IMG/VR virus record: IMGVR_UViG_3300045988_121566 | Coordinates: 8,100-72,099 of that record | Direction: 5' to 3' (one strand) | Origin: a virus | Length of the DNA: 64,000 bases | Shown here: piece after piece, positions 34,930 through 43,458 of the stretch | How positions within the stretch are numbered: the first letter of the stretch is position 1 | Layout of the letters: each line of letters opens with the position of its first letter | Made by a program: the position numbers and the translations under genes | The notes under the pieces: model-generated | The model's input: the letters and a program-made list of their open reading frames with translations, nothing else | Database searches by the model: none | What the model was told of the DNA's origin: nothing

Positions 34930-35139
34930 TTATTTATTTAGAAATTTAATTAATTCTTCTTTTGTTCTAAAACATTCCAATTCTTTCCGCATTGGAAAGA
35001 TTGGGAAGTGATAGGTGATACAAGGCTTTGCCGTGCCGTGTTGCTCAAACTTGATGCATGAGATGTTGGCACGGACAATCTTGTATCCGTCAAGAATATA
35101 TACAGCATCACCTATATTGTATTTCGTCTTAATCTCCAT
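34930..35139 (-). CDS. hypothetical protein (69 aa)
   Basis: Track ORF trimmed to the ATG at 35139 (MEIKTKYNIG...). 11-nt overlap with the upstream ATPase gene. Confidence 0.45.
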   Translation of the reverse strand: MEIKTKYNIGDAVYILDGYKIVRANISCIKFEQHGTAKPCITYHFPIFPMRKELECFRTKEELIKFLNK

Positions 35140-37120
35140 CTTCGAATATGTATTCGAAGTTAGACGAAGGAGTGACGCGTAGACGTATCTGCTGCCCGCC
35201 ACGATATATAGGAGAAAGGTTGCTCTCACACTCATCAAGGACGATAGGGACGGAGAGCCCAAACTTCTCGGCTACTGTATACGCTATATCAATACCGGCA
35301 TTAGCCTTGGCTGCTGTATTGAGGCTGCTGTAAGGTACGCCATCGTGATAACACTCACAGGCCTGCTTTCGTTCGCCTTCGAGAGTTGTCCTAAAAAGCG
35401 AGAACTTAACATAGGAGAAATGCTCGTTGACACGTTCTTCGAGGAGTTGGCAGGCTTTCTGCTGATAATCATTAGCGATGTCAAGTTTCTGGTCGATATC
35501 ATCGAGCTGGCCCTGGAACTTCTCCTTGTCGCCCTGTGCATTAGAAATGAGGGTGGAGATGTGTTCATAGGTCTCTTTTGTTGCAAGACGTGAAGTAAGA
35601 CTATCAACAGTCTGCTGTTCCTCTGACTGCTGTTTCTTCAGATCAATGAGAAGTTGAGAAATGTCTTTCGTAGAATCTGACGGCTTGTTGAGTTCATCGG
35701 TAAGCGACTGTAGTTCCTCGGATGCCTGCCTGTAGTTCTCGTTGGCTGCAAGGAAATCATCTGCCGTGCGAACATTCTCGGCAAGTATAGTCTCAAGATG
35801 AGCATCAGACTGCTTCTTCGCTTTCTGAGCTTCTGTGAGCTGATTAGTGGTAGAGCGGCGTTCCTCATTTGTATTCTCAATTAGTTTCTTAATGTCGGTA
35901 TAACGCTGCTGAAGGTCACTAAACTCTTTCTGGAGTTCTTTCTGTCTGTTGGATATGTACTCATTAAACCTGTCGTGAGACTGCTGTTTTAATTCTGCTA
36001 CCCTATCGAGCGGCAGAGGTTGTCCGCAATGTGGGCACATAGAGTCTGCATCGTCCCACTCCCATTTCATCTGAGAGATTAACGTGGAGCGCTCGTTGAG
36101 TTTAATAACCTCAGCCTCGCACTCTTCCTTATGTTTGTTGGCCTGGATTTCGGTGTTAGTGAGTCCTTCCATCTTCTGCTTCAACTCATCGACCATTCGT
36201 GTAGCTGCTGAGGATGCTGCTCTGGCTGAAATTAAATCCGACTCGTGCTTTGTCGCCTCTTCATTGGCAAGGTTGCGTGCAGAAGCGGTCATCTCGTCAA
36301 TGCGCTTTTGTGTGAACTCTATGCGACGACGAAGTCCCTCATTGCGCACAGAGTCTGTTGCGCCATTCTGTGCAAGATTAATCTTGTCGCTAACCTCCTT
36401 GAGTTTCTTCTTTGCATCGTAAAGCTCTGCAGACAGCTTTTCCCAGTCTTCTGACTGAGGAAGTGCGTTATTGAGTTCTGCGAGACGGACAGGGACTTTG
36501 TCAAGATTATCCTGTACCTCCTTACGTGTGTACTTGAGGTGATGAATGAAAGCTTCGAGTTCTCGTTTCTTCAATTCCTCGGTAATGAAGTCGTATCTCG
36601 TATCGCCTTGTGTAATGTCTTCCTGAGTGACTTCCGGTACAAGGGACTGGAGGAACTTGCGCTGTTCCTGCCATGTCATAGAAGTGAAGGCCGTGGCAGA
36701 TGAGCATAGTCGAAACGTCTTCTCCGGGCAGATGTTTTCAATAGCCTTGCGGTAGTCGCCAGCTGTCACCACTTCTCCATCAATGAAATACTTGTAAGTA
36801 TTCTTGACCTGCTCGCCCTTCCATAAATCTGTGAGTGTTCGCTTGAAGGTTGTCTTCTCGCCATCTACGCTGACAGTAAGCGAAGCCTCATGCGGAATCT
36901 CACGGATGATTTGATGGTTGGAGTCATAGGTCTTAATGTCGAGCGCATTGCCAAACTGGTCGGTACCGAAAAGTACGTAGTAGATGGCATTGAAGATTGT
37001 CGACTTACCAATACCATTACTCCCACAAATGGTAGTGATGTTGTGATAGAACTCTATCTCTTCGTTATCAATTCCGCAGAAGTTAGACAGAGTGACTTTT
37101 TTGAATCGTATTGTTTTCAT
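35129..37120 (-). CDS. Rad50/SbcC-like SMC-type ATPase with coiled coil and zinc hook
   Basis: Walker A GSNGIGKSTIF. Long coiled-coil middle containing CPHCGQ (a CxxC hook). C-terminal Walker B-like VPIVLDECES. 663 aa. Confidence 0.75.
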   Translation of the reverse strand: MKTIRFKKVTLSNFCGIDNEEIEFYHNITTICGSNGIGKSTIFNAIYYVLFGTDQFGNALDIKTYDSNHQIIREIPHEASLTVSVDGEKTTFKRTLTDLWKGEQVKNTYKYFIDGEVVTAGDYRKAIENICPEKTFRLCSSATAFTSMTWQEQRKFLQSLVPEVTQEDITQGDTRYDFITEELKKRELEAFIHHLKYTRKEVQDNLDKVPVRLAELNNALPQSEDWEKLSAELYDAKKKLKEVSDKINLAQNGATDSVRNEGLRRRIEFTQKRIDEMTASARNLANEEATKHESDLISARAASSAATRMVDELKQKMEGLTNTEIQANKHKEECEAEVIKLNERSTLISQMKWEWDDADSMCPHCGQPLPLDRVAELKQQSHDRFNEYISNRQKELQKEFSDLQQRYTDIKKLIENTNEERRSTTNQLTEAQKAKKQSDAHLETILAENVRTADDFLAANENYRQASEELQSLTDELNKPSDSTKDISQLLIDLKKQQSEEQQTVDSLTSRLATKETYEHISTLISNAQGDKEKFQGQLDDIDQKLDIANDYQQKACQLLEERVNEHFSYVKFSLFRTTLEGERKQACECYHDGVPYSSLNTAAKANAGIDIAYTVAEKFGLSVPIVLDECESNLSPIYRGGQQIRLRVTPSSNFEYIFEDGD

Positions 37121-37121
37121 A

Positions 37122-37415
37122 TTATTTTAATGTAATTAAAATGTCGTTGACAGTCTTTGAAATTTCTATTCTATTCTTCTCAAGAAGATAGTTTAGATTT
37201 TCGGAAAGGTCTCTTTGCACGGCTGTCCTTATATTAGCGTAAAGAACACCGCGAGGAACATGATGCTCATCTTGCATCATACTGCGAATAAGATCAAGTA
37301 AATATTGTTGCATATTCTTTTGAATAAAATCCCACAAGGTGAGCAGGAGGACTATCCAGTGCCAGCTGCCACCAAGTGGGAAACAAACAGATAATAAAAA
37401 ATGAATAACAACCAC
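37122..37415 (-). CDS. hypothetical protein (up to 97 aa; start uncertain)
   Basis: ORF track. Hydrophobic N-terminus. An alternative ATG at 37313 is possible. Confidence 0.4.
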   Translation of the reverse strand: MVVIHFLLSVCFPLGGSWHWIVLLLTLWDFIQKNMQQYLLDLIRSMMQDEHHVPRGVLYANIRTAVQRDLSENLNYLLEKNRIEISKTVNDILITLK

Positions 37416-37426
37416 TAATTGCAGTC

Positions 37427-37936
37427 TTATAGTGAAAGGCTTCTCTCTAATAAAAGCCTATCGACTTGTTTTTTGTAAAAATCAATCATTTGCTTTAGAT
37501 CGAACAAAGACCATTCTCTTCTTTCCTGTCTTGCCCGAACTTCTATCAGGTCAACACGCTGCTCACCGATAGAGCGGACAAGCGCCCTGCGGTACATCTG
37601 AATATTACCCTGATTGAATATATTGCAAGCAACACACTGCGGTCGGCAGTTGTCTTCTGAAAACCGGGTAGACATATATCGTCTTGACATATAGTGTCCA
37701 TTTTGAATATCTTTCCAGAAGAAAATCTTTCCGCAAGATATACATCTGCAATATCCGTTCTTGTCAGAATTCTTGAGACGTACATAATAGCTGAACCACT
37801 TGTCTAATTCCTTAATTAGAGCAGGCTTGCTTATTCCTGCTTTGACCTTTTTCTTCTCCTGAGTCTGATTGGCCTTTTTCCAGGGCGCACGTTTGAGAGG
37901 CGTACGTCTGAGGGGCTTGTATCGTTTTAATGCCAT
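37427..37936 (-). CDS. ninG: NinG-like recombination protein
   Basis: Basic N-terminus, then CISCGK...HYMSRR...NCRPQCVACN, the Cys/His pattern typical of lambda NinG-family proteins. Confidence 0.6.
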   Translation of the reverse strand: MALKRYKPLRRTPLKRAPWKKANQTQEKKKVKAGISKPALIKELDKWFSYYVRLKNSDKNGYCRCISCGKIFFWKDIQNGHYMSRRYMSTRFSEDNCRPQCVACNIFNQGNIQMYRRALVRSIGEQRVDLIEVRARQERREWSLFDLKQMIDFYKKQVDRLLLERSLSL

Positions 37937-37957
37937 ATACCTTATTATATATAGAAA

Positions 37958-38149
37958 TTAAAGGGTGTCATATATTCCTTCTGGCTTCCCGAGATCGGCA
38001 GACATGTTCACTATCTTTGCATTGTAGACGTGTATCATGCGATACCTGTATTCGAAGAGCTTGAGATTGTCGCTCTTGTCGGTTAATAGCTGTCGGTATA
38101 TATAGTCAACCTTATCTTGATAATATCTTGTTGATGATAATCTAATCAT
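37958..38149 (-). CDS. hypothetical protein (63 aa)
   Basis: ORF track with an ATG start. First gene of the minus-strand early operon. Confidence 0.4.
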   Translation of the reverse strand: MIRLSSTRYYQDKVDYIYRQLLTDKSDNLKLFEYRYRMIHVYNAKIVNMSADLGKPEGIYDTL

Positions 38150-38260
38150 ATATCTAATCGCTTTTGCGGTTAATTAAAAGCCAGTCTAACTTCTCAGTCA
38201 GACCGGCAAAAACAATATTCAAAGCAGCCGCTGCTGCATAAAAACGGAATATATTTATAG

Positions 38261-38354
38261 TACGCAAGAGCGGAATCGAACCGCAGTGTTCACAAAAGGA
38301 AGATTGTTTTATGCACTCTGTGATAAACACTTGTCTCCTGTTGACATCTTGCGC
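38261..38354 (-). ncRNA. tRNA-like RNA 1 (94 nt, non-canonical central arm)
   Basis: Minus strand: acceptor GCGCAAG pairs with CTTGCGT (7 bp, one G-U), plus a discriminator A. D-like arm GTC-AACAGGA-GAC. T arm GCGG-TTCGATT-CCGC. The ~45 nt between the D and T arms form a long rod (GTGTT...AACAC, CACA...TGTG) instead of a 5-bp/7-nt anticodon arm. Confidence 0.5.
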
Positions 38355-38591
38355 TGCTGGCATCATGCGCTACCATGAATATCAAGGGGCATTCCCACCA
38401 TACCATATATACATAAAATCGCTAAACAAAAAGTCAAAGATCAATCGAGCAATCACCACAACAACTGGCGCTTTCTCAAGTTTGCGATTTAAAATGAAGG
38501 CGGTGGTATGATGCTCGCCCGCAACATCTAATTCTGGTTAATGGACTATACCGCCTACCGCCTTACCATGAAAACGCAAATAATAACTTGC

Positions 38592-38729
38592 CAACGCAGG
38601 AGGATTCGAACCTCCGTCTCTCACCTGCTTTTTAAAGGGCTTATCGCAGGAACTTCACTACTTATCATTCACATGGCTTATAACAACATTATAAAAAGCC
38701 CTCGCTCTAACCAACTGAGCTATGCGTTG
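38592..38729 (-). ncRNA. tRNA-like RNA 2 (138 nt; canonical acceptor, D and T arms with a ~65-nt expansion)
   Basis: Minus strand: CAACGCA-TA-GCTC-AGTTGGTTA-GAGC ... GGAGG-TTCGAAT-CCTCC-TGCGTTG-G. The acceptor is a perfect 7 bp and the D and T arms are textbook. The 87 nt between them contain an 8-bp closing stem GCTTTTTA/TAAAAAGC and an ATAAGCC direct repeat. No standard anticodon arm could be drawn. Confidence 0.55.
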
Positions 38730-38859
38730 AGTTTAAACCCCATCTATCTTCACAGACCAATGAGGAAATGAATACACCTATTCTAACATCTAACATTAAT
38801 ACCACAAACGGGACAATGGTGTTCGTCTATATAACACACCTATATATTGAGAATAATGA

Positions 38860-39066
38860 TTATGTTCTCATCTTCATGACATCTTTACCCTCAACGCCGC
38901 CAAATTCATTAATGGCTGCTTCTCGGATTAATGAAGCCAGTTCACTGTTTGTATGATACCTCAGAGCATTGTAGATTGTTGACTTGGATGCTCCGAATTT
39001 TTTCATCAGCGTAGGAATTTTTCGCTCGTCCACGAAAATTTTCCGAAATCTTACTATCTTTATCAT
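38860..39066 (-). CDS. small helix-turn-helix regulator (Cro/excisionase-like, 68 aa)
   Basis: LMKKFGASKSTIYNALRY is an HTH pattern. Divergent from the CI-like repressor gene. Confidence 0.5.
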   Translation of the reverse strand: MIKIVRFRKIFVDERKIPTLMKKFGASKSTIYNALRYHTNSELASLIREAAINEFGGVEGKDVMKMRT

Positions 39067-39076
39067 AATTTATTGT

Positions 39077-39084
39077 TATTTTTG
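39077..39084 (+). promoter_or_regulatory. -7 promoter box (TATTTTTG) for the CI-like gene
   Basis: TAnnTTTG match in the divergent intergenic region, about 134 nt upstream of the 39218 ATG. Confidence 0.35.
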
Positions 39085-39100
39085 CAGTGTAAAACTAATA

Positions 39101-39114
39101 TTGCACGAATGCAA
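39101..39114. promoter_or_regulatory. candidate operator palindrome TTGCA-CGAA-TGCAA
   Basis: Perfect 5-bp inverted repeat. Further TGCAA(G/A) copies lie at 39130-39135 and 39158-39163. All sit between divergent HTH genes. Confidence 0.35.
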
Positions 39115-39131
39115 GTGTTTAAATACGGATG

Positions 39132-39139
39132 CAAATATA
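39132..39139 (-). promoter_or_regulatory. -7 promoter box (TATATTTG on the minus strand) for the small HTH gene
   Basis: The + strand CAAATATA equals TAnnTTTG on the minus strand, about 66 nt upstream of the ATG at 39066. Confidence 0.35.
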
Positions 39140-39217
39140 CTCAAACTTGTTTAAACGTGCAAGTATATGGGCAATAATTTAGTGAATTTTTAGGAATATT
39201 TACGTTAATAAACACTT

Positions 39218-39592
39218 ATGGGTATGGAGGAAATTAGAAAAAGAATCAATGAAGTTGTGTATGATAAGCACCTCAGTAACAGGGCTTTCTCTGCTATGGT
39301 TGGTATGAAGCCTACGTCTGTCAACAACTATCTTAACGGCACGAAGACCTGTACGTTAGAACTTATCGCAAGAACCCTCGAGGTATTCGTGGAAATATCG
39401 GCAGAATGGTTGCTGCGTGGCGAGGGTGCGATGATCAAAGGCGAAGTGAAAAACGATGATGCAGTCAGGAAAGAACTTGCTGATGTAAAAGCGAAGCTAC
39501 TGGTGCAGGAGGGTATCACGAGAGAGCTGCGTGATATTCTGTTGGAGAAAAGTAAGATTGATGCAAAAAGAAAGGCAGGACTGGAGAAATAA
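39218..39592 (+). CDS. CI-like phage repressor (HTH domain)
   Basis: HLSNRAFSAMVGMKPTSVNNYLNG...ISAEWLLRGEG matches the phage CI-repressor HTH domain pattern. Coiled-coil C-terminus. Confidence 0.65.
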   Translation: MGMEEIRKRINEVVYDKHLSNRAFSAMVGMKPTSVNNYLNGTKTCTLELIARTLEVFVEISAEWLLRGEGAMIKGEVKNDDAVRKELADVKAKLLVQEGITRELRDILLEKSKIDAKRKAGLEK

Positions 39593-39612
39593 CCAGTCCT
39601 GCCTTTTGTCTT

Positions 39613-40752
39613 TTAAAGTTTCCCCTCAAGTTTATCGAATGCTCCTCTAATATCTTTGTTAAGAGTCCTTGCGTATCTTGTTGTCTGACGCAGAGTCGTA
39701 TGGCCAAGTACTTTCATTACTACATTGATTGGCATACCTTTTGAGAGGAACAGGGTTGCTGCCGTTCCTCTGCCCATGTGGCTCCTGAGATTACTCACTC
39801 CAGCCATCATGCCTATAACCTTGAGATAATCATTATACTTCTGATTACTCAGATGTGGTAATTTGAAATCGTATTTTCTCAAAATCTCCATAGCCGGAGC
39901 GAGCAGTTGAAAAGAAAAGTCCGTGTCGGTCTTCGTGCGGTGTGACTTATAGACCATCTTTTTCTCCTCCTCCTCGCAGGCGCTGAAGTCGAACGCCATC
40001 AAATCTGAGTATGCAAGTCCTGTGTAGACTTGAAATAAAAATAAATCTCTTGCCCTGCAAAGGTGCGGAGTATTAAGTTGCAGCTCTTTAATTTTAATGA
40101 ACTGATCTTCTGTTATACAGTCAACGTATTGTTTTTCCCCTCTGTTTATCTTAAACGGCAACTTCGTATACGGATTTACATCTATAAGTCCGTCTACACA
40201 GGCATCATTAATGAATAGCTTTAGATATTTGTGGTAGTCGTAGATGGTTGATGCTTTCTTGCCTTGCTGGTGCAAGAACTCATCCATAGACCTGATGTTT
40301 GACACGTTACAGTCGGAGAATAGAGCTATCTTCCCCCAGGAGCGGAGGAACTTTGTAAACACGACATACCTCTTCTTCGTATGCTCGCATACATTACGCT
40401 CATTAGTCCGCTTTTCGCAATATGCTATAAAGTCGGTCTTGTCGCAGACTTCATTCTGCATAAGGGTAGGTATAAGGTCGAGGTCTGTAATGCCTTCCTC
40501 TATCATGCGGTCTGTGATTTTCTTCACACGAAGATAGAACGCATGAATAGTTTCGTTCATAAGGTCTGCGTCCTTGCACTTCGACAGCACCATCTTTTTA
40601 GTGTCTGACCAGTTGTTAGGAGTCACAAGAACACCTGTTGACATGTACTTTCTCTCGCTTCCGAAAGACACACGAATTTCCACAGAAACAGCCTTTTTTG
40701 CCGTTCCTCGCTTCAAGCGGTTGTGAATAATGTTTAAATGTAATTTCTTCAT
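39613..40752 (-). CDS. int: tyrosine-type site-specific integrase
   Basis: 379 aa. The N-terminus has the Bacteroides-integrase style (MKKLHLNIIHNRLKRGTAKKAVSVEIRVSF). The C-terminal catalytic region is RSHMGRGTAAT...VLGHTTLRQTTRYA (H-x-x-R, H, Y). Confidence 0.85.
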   Translation of the reverse strand: MKKLHLNIIHNRLKRGTAKKAVSVEIRVSFGSERKYMSTGVLVTPNNWSDTKKMVLSKCKDADLMNETIHAFYLRVKKITDRMIEEGITDLDLIPTLMQNEVCDKTDFIAYCEKRTNERNVCEHTKKRYVVFTKFLRSWGKIALFSDCNVSNIRSMDEFLHQQGKKASTIYDYHKYLKLFINDACVDGLIDVNPYTKLPFKINRGEKQYVDCITEDQFIKIKELQLNTPHLCRARDLFLFQVYTGLAYSDLMAFDFSACEEEEKKMVYKSHRTKTDTDFSFQLLAPAMEILRKYDFKLPHLSNQKYNDYLKVIGMMAGVSNLRSHMGRGTAATLFLSKGMPINVVMKVLGHTTLRQTTRYARTLNKDIRGAFDKLEGKL

Positions 40753-41111
40753 TTGATAACATTTTTTTTACGAGTTGATACCCATTTGATAACACTAAAT
40801 TTTTTCCAATATTTTTTGTGTGTTACGAAAGTATACTCTAATCTTCTGATTATCAAATGATTATGAGCATTTGTAGACTTGCACTGGTTTTGCACTGTTT
40901 TGAAAACCAAACGACTTGTGTTCTCAAAAGTGTTATCAACCAATCAAACAAAAAGCGTCTGTAATTACTTGTGTATAAGTAAGTTACAGACGCCAATTCT
41001 TTTGAATGAATTGAAAACTTTTCACCAAATTTGTCCCATTCGAGTGATTCCGTTGGGTTCACAACTTCGTCACTATAATCGTCAGAAATAGAGATGCTTA
41101 CATACACACTG

Positions 41112-41119
41112 CAAAGATA
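41112..41119 (-). promoter_or_regulatory. -7 promoter box (TATCTTTG on the minus strand), possibly the int promoter
   Basis: The + strand CAAAGATA. About 360 nt upstream of the int ATG, in a 630-nt AT-rich intergenic region. Confidence 0.3.
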
Positions 41120-41381
41120 GTGATAACATTTTTATATACATAAAATTTTAGCATTATTTTTCAGAAATCAGAACATTTTACATTTTTTTAATGAGTTAAT
41201 GGTTGTTTAAAAACTTGCACGGTTGAATAAGAATGAGTACATTTGCACTCGTCAATAGCAAACTCCACTTTGTGTTGGTTATTACTCAGTATGATAATAC
41301 CTGTGTTCAATAGGTTTCAAAATATGGGGGATTGATTAAATCGGTGGAGCGGTTTTTTCTTTCCCCTCTATTTTTTTCTTA

Positions 41382-42101
41382 ATGAACAAGAATCTAAGAT
41401 TAAGACTGGCTTTAGAAATGTTCAACAACAAAGAGTTGCTGAAAGCTATAGCTATGTCCTTGCTTATCCGCAAGAAATTAGGTTCTCATGTTCTCAAAAA
41501 CTATAGCATAAACAAGTTAGTTAATTTATTAGGCGCGCACGCACGCACGATCAAGAAGCGCATACGTGTGTTGTCCCAGTATGGTCTTCTCACGATAGAG
41601 GGAAAGACTCTCGTATTTCGTTCTATTGTTTCAAAGCACGCAAAGAGAAATGTAAAGTTAGGCGAGAGGAAGGTGGAGTATTCTTCTCTTAAGAGTGTAG
41701 AGTATTCTCTGCAGGCAATCTTGGTGGTAGTTATTCAGAGCAGAAAGGATTTTGCACAAAGAACCATTCGAAATGCTCATGGTGCCAGCCACGACTACAA
41801 GGTCGTTAAGGCTGCTCGTGATGCTGCACGGAAGTTCGGGTTCGGATTTGAGTATGTCGAGAAGGGTCTATCATACAAGACAATCGCAAATAAACTCGGG
41901 GTTAGTATCAAAACTGCGGTAGAAATCGTCAAATTTGCAGTAAAACGCACAATTTTGAAGAAGACAAAGCATTTTATCTCTGATTATCTTCCTAAAGTAA
42001 ACTTTATGGAAGTATCAGGTTATAACTTTACTACTCGTAACTATGGGTATAAGGTTATGGCTAACACTTACTCTGTCTCTCCCTCCTTAGCCTTGGTATA
42101 A
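41382..42101 (+). CDS. winged-helix DNA-binding protein (239 aa), function unknown
   Basis: Two HTH-like stretches (INKLVNLLGAHARTIKKRIRVLSQYGLL; YKTIANKLGVSIKTAVEIVKFAV). Confidence 0.5.
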   Translation: MNKNLRLRLALEMFNNKELLKAIAMSLLIRKKLGSHVLKNYSINKLVNLLGAHARTIKKRIRVLSQYGLLTIEGKTLVFRSIVSKHAKRNVKLGERKVEYSSLKSVEYSLQAILVVVIQSRKDFAQRTIRNAHGASHDYKVVKAARDAARKFGFGFEYVEKGLSYKTIANKLGVSIKTAVEIVKFAVKRTILKKTKHFISDYLPKVNFMEVSGYNFTTRNYGYKVMANTYSVSPSLALV

Positions 42102-42143
42102 TTAGATAGTAAAAAGTGCAGACTCTGAAATTTAATTGTAGGT

Positions 42144-42809
42144 ATGATTACAAATCAAGTAATGAAACGACCGATGGGAGACTTTTTGGTCGAGCAGAGA
42201 ACAAAAGATAGTATGTTCAATGCTACAAACTTGCTAAAACAGTGGAATGAAGCAAGTGGAGAGAAGAAGGAGATTACAAAATTCTTCGATAACGACAACA
42301 CAAAGGAGTTTATTTCTGCTCTGATGGAAGAAGAAAAGCTTAATACGCAAAATTCTGCGTATTTAAAAGCAAGAGGAAAAAACGGAGGAACTTGGATGCA
42401 TCCAATCCTCTTCGTTAAGTTTGCGATGTGGCTTAATCCTCGCTTCGAGGTTCAGGTTATCAAGTTCGTATACGACCAGATGCTGAAATACAGAAATGAT
42501 GCCGGCGACGCATATAAAGAACTCGCTTCGGCTATCGGAAAACTCGTTGACAAGAACTTCATGCACGCAGCAATGTGCAAAATGGCAAAGGCCATCAACT
42601 ATGTCGTGTTTGGCGAACATGAGCATGAGTTACGCAACAAGCATGGAGATGAGACTAAGCAATACAAATTGCTCGACATGGAACGTCAGGTTGCGAGACT
42701 CATCAATGATGGGTTTATCCGTACTTATGATGAGGCCATCATATATTTGCGAAAGAAATACGTTGAAAAGTATATGCCTGCTGCTCTTCGTACAAGATAT
42801 ATTGTTTAG
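42144..42809 (+). CDS. KilA-N domain protein
   Basis: MFNATNLLKQW...TKEFISAL...GGTWMHPILFVKFAMWLNPRFEVQV matches the KilA-N core (G-T-W-x-H-P...A-x-W-L-x-P-x-F). Confidence 0.7.
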   Translation: MITNQVMKRPMGDFLVEQRTKDSMFNATNLLKQWNEASGEKKEITKFFDNDNTKEFISALMEEEKLNTQNSAYLKARGKNGGTWMHPILFVKFAMWLNPRFEVQVIKFVYDQMLKYRNDAGDAYKELASAIGKLVDKNFMHAAMCKMAKAINYVVFGEHEHELRNKHGDETKQYKLLDMERQVARLINDGFIRTYDEAIIYLRKKYVEKYMPAALRTRYIV

Positions 42810-42927
42810 TTTTAAGGCAAAGTTAGATTTTTGGTTTTATCCAAGGCATTCATGGTTCGTGAGAATAGTGTTTGCCGCTTGCTTTTAAGATTAATCAGAA
42901 GAAACAAAAAAACAGGGCAGTCGCAAA

Positions 42928-43458
42928 TCACGACTGCCCTGTTGCCGTATTATCTCGTTCAAGTTTCTCCGCTATCGCTGTTCTAATCCAAAGAGACTTG
43001 TCGGGAAGCGACTGGAGATAATCGTATGTATCTGCGTTCACTCTTAGGGTTATAATGTGCTGTATGCTTTCCCTGCCCTTGCTTTTTCGACCAGACCCTG
43101 GGCGTGAGCCTCCTCGCCTTGATGTGCGTATTTTCGACACTTTTCCGTTTCGTGTCACGTTGTATTTAAGGATTAGGTTGTTGGTGGCTGCATCGTAAGC
43201 CTCTGCCGTTTTAGCCTCTGACGTGGCTCTGAGCATAGCTACAACAATATCAGCCAACTGGTCTTTCTTGTCGTACAGGATTTCGGTGTCGTCCACACAA
43301 CAGATTTCATCATAAAAATATACTACTGCTTTCTTTGTCATATCGAAAATAAAAAAGTGGGAGTTGGTTGGACTCCCGTTACCTTTTATGAAAAACCGAT
43401 TATAATGCTCAGGATGAACATGATCAGAATAAACCACTCCTGCTTGCTCATGATGCAC
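42928..43458 (-). CDS. hypothetical protein with a C-terminal ribbon-helix-helix-like domain (start uncertain)
   Basis: The C-terminus ITLRVNADTYDYLQSLPDKSLWIRTAIAEKLERD is RHH/CopG-like and is preceded by a basic Gly/Arg linker. An alternative ATG at 43341 is possible. Confidence 0.5.
   Translation of the reverse strand: MHHEQAGVVYSDHVHPEHYNRFFIKGNGSPTNSHFFIFDMTKKAVVYFYDEICCVDDTEILYDKKDQLADIVVAMLRATSEAKTAEAYDAATNNLILKYNVTRNGKVSKIRTSRRGGSRPGSGRKSKGRESIQHIITLRVNADTYDYLQSLPDKSLWIRTAIAEKLERDNTATGQS

Noticed and set aside
38499-38565. A possible third tRNA (GGCGGT...ACCGCC acceptor-like pairing).
   Set aside because: It is only ~64 nt, with no T-loop (no GTTCRANY) and no D arm. It is better described as a long-range inverted repeat.
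38592-38729. Reading tRNA-like RNA 2 as an ochre-suppressor tRNA. A loop of UUUUAUA with anticodon UUA appears if an 11-nt TTATAA-flanked duplication is removed.
   Set aside because: It requires an arbitrary deletion, leaves a pyrimidine at position 37 and still leaves ~59 unexplained nt before the T arm. No gene in the window needs stop-codon suppression.
38154-38956. Small track ORFs (38154-38366, 38311-38511, 38541-38771, 38768-38956).
   Set aside because: They overlap the tRNA-like genes and their flanks and have low-complexity translations with no start context. The region is better explained as RNA or regulatory.
40853-41107. An 84-aa minus-strand ORF upstream of int.
   Set aside because: It has a GTG start only 5 nt from the putative -7 box and an odd composition. 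It is more likely the 5' leader of the int transcript. It cannot be excluded.
41533-41549. An alternating (CGCA)n tract, with a reverse-complement counterpart (GCGT)3 at 50136-50149.
   Set aside because: The tracts are very short, and one copy lies inside a coding region. This is insufficient to call a functional repeat or Z-DNA element.
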